Positions 58,871 to 64,000 of a DNA stretch of 64,000 nt are shown here, piece by piece. This DNA comes from a bacterium (GTDB lineage Bacteria > Patescibacteriota > Minisyncoccia > Phycocordibacterales > UBA9973). The notes under the pieces are model-generated. The model did not search any database and was not told the DNA's origin. It saw only the letters and a program-made list of their open reading frames with translations. Each line of letters begins with the position of its first letter. Positions within the stretch are counted from its first letter, which is position 1. The stretch is from NCBI GenBank assembly GCA_037143195.1, contig JBAWZD010000002.1, positions 3,206 to 67,205 of the forward strand, read 5' to 3'. The position numbers and the translations under genes are program-made.

Positions 58871-60406
58871 ATTACTTCGTTACGCCATGTTTCGCGTGTA
58901 ACTTGGCGACTTCCTCTTCCTCGAGCTCTTCCTTGGCCTCTTTGGCTTTTTCGCCGAGCGATCGGAGGTCGCTATCGGACAAAAGGTCCAATTCCCCTAC
59001 TCTTTTATCAAGATATTCGCGATTGTTCTTCTTGGGTTCATCCAAAACCTCCTCAAGGAGGGCGTGAAGCATCCAGCCCATGCGAGGTCCCGGTTTCATG
59101 TGTAACTCACTCATGAGCGTATTTCCGTCTATAGCCAGCTGTCCAACAGAGATTGGGTCACGGAGGACCTCTTCGATCATAGCGTGATACTTACGGAGTC
59201 TATATGGAGCCTCCTTTTTTTTCATGCCCACACGGTCACATTCGCGGATTTCCATAAGGGTCCAGATGTTCTCCTTCCCTACCTTGGCGACGACTCGGCG
59301 CACGGCACTGAGTGAAATGGTCTCGGTGTCTGAGAAGAACATATGCTGGCGGACAAGCTTTACCACCAAATCCGTTGTTTTCTTTGGGAATTTCATGCGC
59401 TCAAAGATCTTTTGAGTCATTCTGGCCCCGACAACCTCGTGTCCGTAAAAGGTGTACTTCCCCTTCCCTCCTGCCTTCGTCCCGTCCCATCGACGGGTTC
59501 GAGGTTTGCCAATGTCATGAAACAAGGCCGCAAGGCGTACTTCCAGAGTCCAACCCTTCTCGGCTGCGTGCTGCAAAGCATGCAAAAGGTGCTCGTACAC
59601 ATCGTATATATGCTCCCCCTTCTGCTCGCACTTAATTCCCTCCTCAAGCTCAGGGACAAAAAGCTTTAAAAGACCGAGCTTTTGAAGCATTCCAACTCCG
59701 ACAGCCGGCTCAGGTGAAAGGATAATCTTCTCGAATTCATCTCGGATGCGCTCCGACGAGACCATTTTGAGCTTTTCTGCGTTGCCTGCTATGGCCAAAA
59801 GTGTTTCATGTGAAATGGAAAAGCCGAGTTGCACGGAGAATCGCACCGCTCGTAACATACGGAGAGCATCTTCAGTCAGGCGTTCAACAGGATCTCCTAC
59901 CGTTCGGATGACTTTGTCCTTTAAATCAGACTGTCCTTTATACAAATCGATCAGGTTTTCACGTGAAATGCTATATGCCATAGCGTTTATTGTGAAATCA
60001 CGGCGCATAAGGTCGTCCTCGATACGTCTACTGAATTTTACCTCATCTGGATGGCGGGAGTCACTATATGTTGACTCAGTGCGGTACGGGGTCACTTCAA
60101 CGGTGTGTGTTTCTTCTGAAGTTACATGTGTAACCTCAGTAATTGTTTCACGTGAAACAATTACTGCAACTGTCCCGAATTTGTTCTCGTATACAGTCTT
60201 TTCAAACAGAGGCATGATTTCCTCGGGCGTTGCATTTGTAGTTACATCCCAGTCCTTTGGTTCACGCGAAATTAGAAGGTCGCGTACGCAACCTCCGACA
60301 ATATATGCTTCGTAACCTGCCTTTTCGAGAGTCTCTGTTACATGTGTAACATAGGAGGGGATTAGGCTCCTTTGGATTAATTCAGTTGTGTGTTTCATTT
60401 GAAACG
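58777..60406. other. parS site cluster (about 10 sites)
   Basis: Perfect TGTTTCACGTGAAACA at 60144-60159; variants at 58777, 58888, 59092, 59802, 59955, 60120, 60258, 60336, 60391. Confidence 0.85.
58872..60398 (-). CDS. cca: CCA tRNA nucleotidyltransferase / poly(A) polymerase family, HD domain
   Basis: VGGCVRDLL, DWDVTT, RRDFTINAMA, EDALRMLRAVRF, ERIRDE, HDIGKP. Confidence 0.92.
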   Translation of the reverse strand: MKHTTELIQRSLIPSYVTHVTETLEKAGYEAYIVGGCVRDLLISREPKDWDVTTNATPEEIMPLFEKTVYENKFGTVAVIVSRETITEVTHVTSEETHTVEVTPYRTESTYSDSRHPDEVKFSRRIEDDLMRRDFTINAMAYSISRENLIDLYKGQSDLKDKVIRTVGDPVERLTEDALRMLRAVRFSVQLGFSISHETLLAIAGNAEKLKMVSSERIRDEFEKIILSPEPAVGVGMLQKLGLLKLFVPELEEGIKCEQKGEHIYDVYEHLLHALQHAAEKGWTLEVRLAALFHDIGKPRTRRWDGTKAGGKGKYTFYGHEVVGARMTQKIFERMKFPKKTTDLVVKLVRQHMFFSDTETISLSAVRRVVAKVGKENIWTLMEIRECDRVGMKKKEAPYRLRKYHAMIEEVLRDPISVGQLAIDGNTLMSELHMKPGPRMGWMLHALLEEVLDEPKKNNREYLDKRVGELDLLSDSDLRSLGEKAKEAKEELEEEEVAKLHAKHGVTK

Positions 60407-60411
60407 TTTTG

Positions 60412-60483
60412 TGCACCTGCCAGGATTCGAACCTGGAATAACGGTTTCGAAGACCGTTGTGATATCCATTTCACTACGGGTGC
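60412..60483 (-). tRNA. tRNA-Arg (UCG)
   Basis: GCACCCG acceptor; anticodon arm ACGGT-CTTCGAA-ACCGT; GGTTCGAATCC; CCA not encoded. Confidence 0.92.
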
Positions 60484-60614
60484 AGAAATTAATTAATAAT
60501 TCTTTGCGATTATACGCTATTTTCGTCAATGTGCCAAATATTCTTTGAGAAATAAGGGTAGATATATAATTGCAAAATTTAGACAAAAAGGGTAGAATTG
60601 CTCGGTAGATTTTT

Positions 60615-60685
60615 GCGGCCATGGTTTAGTGGTAGAACACGTCCTTGCCAAGGATGAGACGGGAGTCCGATTCTCCCTGGCCGCA
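60615..60685 (+). tRNA. tRNA-Gly (GCC)
   Basis: GCGGCCA/TGGCCGC acceptor; CGTCC-TTGCCAA-GGATG anticodon arm. Confidence 0.92.
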
Positions 60686-60749
60686 CAAAGAATTTGTATT
60701 GGAACTATTTTGGTTTGAAAAAGACACAGTTTCATTCTATCGGAACAAT

Positions 60750-60879
60750 TGTGCAAAACTGTGGATAAAGGTGGGGACTGTGTGCATAAAGGACACTTTT
60801 GCAAAGTGTCAGTATAAAAAATACGTTGATAAATAAGGATTTTATAAAGTACAGACTTTATAAACACCAATGTGAATAA
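60750..60879. promoter_or_regulatory. Remote cluster of co-oriented DnaA boxes
   Basis: TGTGCAAAA 60750, TGTGGATAA 60760, TGTGCATAA 60781, CGTTGATAA 60824, TGTGAATAA 60871. Confidence 0.65.
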
Positions 60880-60890
60880 GTCACACATAT

Positions 60891-61289
60891 ATGCCGAAGG
60901 TCTTTACATCAAAGTCACAAAGGACGGGGGAGTTTGGAGAGCAAATTGCTGTCCGATACTTGCAACGTAAGGGTTTTGTCGTTATTGAACGCAATTACAC
61001 GCGACCGTGTGGTGAAATCGATATTATTGCCCAATTTGGGGGTATCCGTCACTTTGTCGAGGTCAAAGCAATGACGGGAGCTCTCTCAAGCGTACAGTCA
61101 CGCGAAGGTATTTACCGTCCTGAAGACGGCATGCATTTTGAGAAGGTCCGAAGATTGCGTCGGACAGTAGCATCTTACCTCTCTGAAGGACACTGGAAGG
61201 GGGAATGGCAGTTTGATCTCGTTACTATTTGGCTGAATCCAACCACTCGGCAAGCGCAAGTGAAACACCTCGATAACATTATTTTATAA
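60891..61289 (+). CDS. YraN family (UPF0102) endonuclease-like protein
   Basis: GEFGEQIAVRYL, IERNY, GEIDIIA, FVEVK. Confidence 0.92.
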   Translation: MPKVFTSKSQRTGEFGEQIAVRYLQRKGFVVIERNYTRPCGEIDIIAQFGGIRHFVEVKAMTGALSSVQSREGIYRPEDGMHFEKVRRLRRTVASYLSEGHWKGEWQFDLVTIWLNPTTRQAQVKHLDNIIL

Positions 61290-61339
61290 GCAAAAAAATT
61301 GTATTTCTTTCAAAGTACTGCTATAGTGTCTCGGTGCTA

Positions 61340-61410
61340 CGGGGCGTAGTATATCGGTAGTATGCGTGTTTTGGGAACACGAGGGCCGAGTTCGATTCTC
61401 GGCGCCCCGA
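61340..61410 (+). tRNA. tRNA-Pro (UGG)
   Basis: CGGGGCG/CGCCCCG acceptor; CGTGT-TTTGGGA-ACACG anticodon arm. Confidence 0.92.
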
Positions 61411-61433
61411 CACTCTTTTGCTCAATTCTGAGT

Positions 61434-61475
61434 AAATACAAAAATACCAAGCAATTGCTTGGTATTTTTGTATTT
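61434..61475. terminator. Bidirectional terminator between convergent tRNAs
   Basis: 42-bp perfect palindrome AAATACAAAAATACCAAGCAATTGCTTGGTATTTTTGTATTT. Confidence 0.75.
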
Positions 61476-61480
61476 CGCTG

Positions 61481-61551
61481 TGCGGGATAGGAGAGTCGAA
61501 CTCCTCACCACAGTTTGGAAAACTGTTGTTTTACCGATAAACTAATCCCGC
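61481..61551 (-). tRNA. tRNA-Gly (UCC)
   Basis: GCGGGAT/ATCCCGC acceptor; ACAGT-TTTCCAA-ACTGT anticodon arm. Confidence 0.92.
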
Positions 61552-61559
61552 GCTTCCGC

Positions 61560-61640
61560 TTAGCGGTTGCGGAGAGAAATCTTCTTTCCAGCTACCTTCT
61601 TTGCGTGCTTCTTGTGTGCCTGCTTTTTCTTTTTGTTCAT
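61560..61640 (-). CDS. 26-aa Lys-rich peptide (below the ORF-track cutoff)
   Basis: MNKKKKQAHKKHAKKVAGKKISLRNR*; TGCTAATCT extended -10 just upstream; ends 8 nt before tRNA-Gly. Confidence 0.55.
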   Translation of the reverse strand: MNKKKKQAHKKHAKKVAGKKISLRNR

Positions 61641-61701
61641 ACCTGTAAGAGATTAGCAAAATATAGACAAATAGTCGAGCCCCTATGCTACTATTGTGTA
61701 T

Positions 61702-62115
61702 ATGAATACGAAATTAAGCCTAGGGATACTTGTTTCGCTCTTGGTTGTAGCGGGAGTACTTACCTATAGAAATCGTGAAATTATTGTAAAAAATGCGCCC
61801 GTTGTTTCAATTTTAGAATCAGGAAATGGTAAAGTTGAAGCACTCGCAGTTGGTCAAAAATTTACTTTGACACTACCGAATCCAGGGGACGGCGGGTATC
61901 AGTTTGATAACCCGGAGTATGATACTTCTCTCGTCCACCTCGACAATCACACGCATCTTGCTCCTCAGGCGAACGCCCCACTTGGTAATTTTGGCACTGA
62001 TATCTGGGAATTTACTTCACTCGCTAAGGGTTCGACAGATCTTACTATATCTGCGAGTCGTTCGTGGAATGGCGAGAAGGGAAACACCTTCAAGACCTCA
62101 ATCTTCATCAGGTAG
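61702..62115 (+). CDS. Chagasin/I42 family protease inhibitor-like exported protein
   Basis: N-terminal TM; VGQKFTLTLPNPGDGGYQF, GNFGTDIWEF, SRSW. Confidence 0.75.
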   Translation: MNTKLSLGILVSLLVVAGVLTYRNREIIVKNAPVVSILESGNGKVEALAVGQKFTLTLPNPGDGGYQFDNPEYDTSLVHLDNHTHLAPQANAPLGNFGTDIWEFTSLAKGSTDLTISASRSWNGEKGNTFKTSIFIR

Positions 62116-62207
62116 TCACAGGCATGTATATCACAAAATTGGCAACAAAAAAGCCCGGCTGATAGGCAACCGGACTTTTTTGATTTTTGGAGTCGCTCCG
62201 AGTTAAT

Positions 62208-62480
62208 TTACTTAACTGCGTCCTTGAGCGCCTTGGCTGCGCGGAACTTTGGTACTTTCATCGCTGCTACCTTGACCTGCTCTCCAGTTTTTGGATTGCG
62301 AGCCATTCGAGCTGCGCGCTGTTTGACTGAGAAGATTCCGAGACCTGCGATTGAAACTTCACCGCCCTTTTTGAGGGTGCCGGTGATCGCTTCGATCATT
62401 CCGTCTACGACTTCCTCAGCCTGTACCTTTGTACCGCCAATCTTTCCATGAACCCAGTCAACAAGTGCTGCTTTATTCAT
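62208..62480 (-). CDS. hup: DNA-binding protein HU
   Basis: MNKAALV, GLGIFSV, RAARMARNPKTGE, VPKFRAAKALKDAV. Confidence 0.96.
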   Translation of the reverse strand: MNKAALVDWVHGKIGGTKVQAEEVVDGMIEAITGTLKKGGEVSIAGLGIFSVKQRAARMARNPKTGEQVKVAAMKVPKFRAAKALKDAVK

Positions 62481-62717
62481 ATGATTGACTTGTACACGCA
62501 TGGGCGAGCCCACACGGGCACAAAGCTAAGTCGACTTTGCTAGTAATACTCTCTGAGCTTTAAGCAAAGTGCTTAAAACTATGGGTATTATAGCCTCTAT
62601 AACGATTTTGACCATAGTTTACAAGGGTCATACGGCATTTTGCGTGAATTAGCCTTATTTTGCAATGGATTTTACAAAAATATGAATTTGTGTTAGTTTG
62701 AGTTTAACCAAAATTTC

Positions 62718-63335
62718 ATGATGATGAAAAAGATTCTTTGTTTTTGCTGCGTGCTTATGTATAGCTCGCAAATTTTTGCGCAACTCCGCGCTTTGCCGGA
62801 GGTTTACAATTTTTTTAACAAGGGAGGCGGAGGAACTTTGGTTTCTGACGTCTTTCTGTACGTTCCCGTAAGAGAGAAACCATCGCGTTTCTCTGTGGGT
62901 ATTTATGTCTATGGCGAGCGTGCCATAGATGACGTACCGTTCTATCAATCTATGGTAGGACCAACCTATGTATTCGTGGAGAAGAAAAATCTCCACTGGG
63001 AACTTGGTTTCCTTGCCGGGATTGAATCCGGCAAAGAAATGTGGCGCGTTAGCCCTTGGACGCTGGTTTCAGCGTTCAAAGATCGAATTTCAATGCTTGC
63101 TGTATACGAGACCGGAGCCTCTGGCCCCGGGTATCGTGTACAGGCTTATTCCGTCCTCAACAAAATTGAGGCGAAGAATAAGCTGATGGCAGGGTGGGTC
63201 CTGTACGGACCATTGACCGGCCCCTCGGTTCAATTTAAGAGGAAAAAATTCGCGATATTCATCGCTCCATACGTGTTCAGTATAGAGCAAAAGAATATTG
63301 CGTCACTCGTCACCGGAATCAGTGGTGACTTGTGA
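62718..63335 (+). CDS. Secreted hypothetical protein, beta-strand rich
   Basis: Signal peptide ending IFA|Q; alternating hydrophobic strands; terminator-like hairpin near 63357-63385. Confidence 0.75.
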   Translation: MMMKKILCFCCVLMYSSQIFAQLRALPEVYNFFNKGGGGTLVSDVFLYVPVREKPSRFSVGIYVYGERAIDDVPFYQSMVGPTYVFVEKKNLHWELGFLAGIESGKEMWRVSPWTLVSAFKDRISMLAVYETGASGPGYRVQAYSVLNKIEAKNKLMAGWVLYGPLTGPSVQFKRKKFAIFIAPYVFSIEQKNIASLVTGISGDL

Positions 63336-63385
63336 AAAATGAAGATGAATGTCGTCGAAACCCGCTATACAAATGGCGGGTTTCT

Positions 63386-64000
63386 TCAATTTTGGATTGA
63401 TTTCCAAATGATTTCAAACATTTCTTTGTGGAGCGAGACGATACTTTTGTTCTCAATGACGACTGTCATGTACGGCGGAGTGAGTTCGAGTGTGATTAAT
63501 TTTTCAGGAAGCAGGACTGTATCGACGTTGAGAGCGTTCGTCGTTGGCAGAATTTTGATCTCTTCATTGAAATTGCGCTCGAGTTTTTTGTGTTCGCGCG
63601 CGAGCGGAGAGTCTTGAAACAGCATACGCGTCTTGATTGGAAGCTTTGCACGTTCTTCGATATATGAGAGGGCGAAATTGGGATCGAGGTTGTACCACTT
63701 TTCTTGATTGGTGATGACGAGATAGTCTTCGTGCGGGCGGATTTCCTTGAGTGTATCTCGGTAGATGTCCTGCATTACTGACAGTCCCGTGTAATACTTG
63801 ATGACACTTTCGCCACCTTTGAGATTGTAGAGTGCTTGGAATTCGGGCAGGATTTTTGAAAATGCATTTTTGCGACGCTCGAGCATGATTTCGAGGCGCT
63901 CTGGATTTTCGGCTACATAGAATTGCTTGAGGCCTTTGAGCTCCACACGCATGAGGCCTTTTTCTTTGAGTGAATCAATGATGCCATAGATAGTCGTTCG
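63386..64000 (-). CDS. TrmB-family transcriptional regulator (5' end outside the window)
   Basis: In-frame RTTIYGIIDSLKEKGLM at the window edge; YVAENPERL, IKYYTG, MFEIIWK. Confidence 0.85.
   Translation of the reverse strand, partial: RTTIYGIIDSLKEKGLMRVELKGLKQFYVAENPERLEIMLERRKNAFSKILPEFQALYNLKGGESVIKYYTGLSVMQDIYRDTLKEIRPHEDYLVITNQEKWYNLDPNFALSYIEERAKLPIKTRMLFQDSPLAREHKKLERNFNEEIKILPTTNALNVDTVLLPEKLITLELTPPYMTVVIENKSIVSLHKEMFEIIWKSIQN

Noticed and set aside
58777-60406. Recurring palindromes as a CRISPR array
   Set aside because: Irregular spacing, inside an intact CDS, match parS, no cas genes
60412-61551. tRNA cluster as an integration site
   Set aside because: No duplicated tRNA 3' end or adjacent integrase seen
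1-64000. Many 60-190 aa ORFs antisense to or overlapping clear genes (e.g. 942-1340, 1449-1979, 18200-18721, 21832-22380, 59746-60315)
   Set aside because: Shadow frames of well-supported genes, with no recognisable motifs
1-64000. Alternative genetic code (UGA=Gly)
   Set aside because: Core genes are full length under code 11 and some end in TGA (e.g. rsmA, methyltransferase)

Overview
Chromosomal origin region of a Patescibacteria/CPR (Parcubacteria-like) bacterium, standard genetic code. The lineage call is inferred from the VirB4-PrgI-VirB6-pilin cluster, the Cys-rich repeat proteins, TrmB regulators and truncated YebC/Jag. Core genes: polA, tsaE, a pilB/gspE-type ATPase, ruvB-yebC-ruvC, tyrS, PBP1A, dnaN-oriC-dnaA / rpmH-rnpA-yidD-yidC-jag, rsmA, pcrA, comM, dksA-like, pnp, rpsO, xer, xth, cca, four tRNAs and HU. 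A ~17.5 kb minus-strand T4SS-like/pilin cluster occupies 22.4-40 kb. Best leads: (1) two pilin-like genes share a 379-bp identical core but end in different cell-wall hydrolase domains (lytic transglycosylase vs M15 peptidase); (2) hairpin elements in which a conserved 88-nt core is closed by unrelated inverted-repeat arms; (3) about ten parS-like palindromes written into the coding sequence in and around cca, next to a remote DnaA-box cluster; (4) a 6S-like RNA candidate and a long structured leader upstream of a LysM/M23 gene; (5) pervasive leaderless promoter architecture; (6) an unannotated 26-aa basic peptide in front of tRNA-Gly; (7) a beta-barrel-like secreted protein in a presumed monoderm. 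No CRISPR array, rRNA or transposase was seen. All calls were made by eye, with no database searches.
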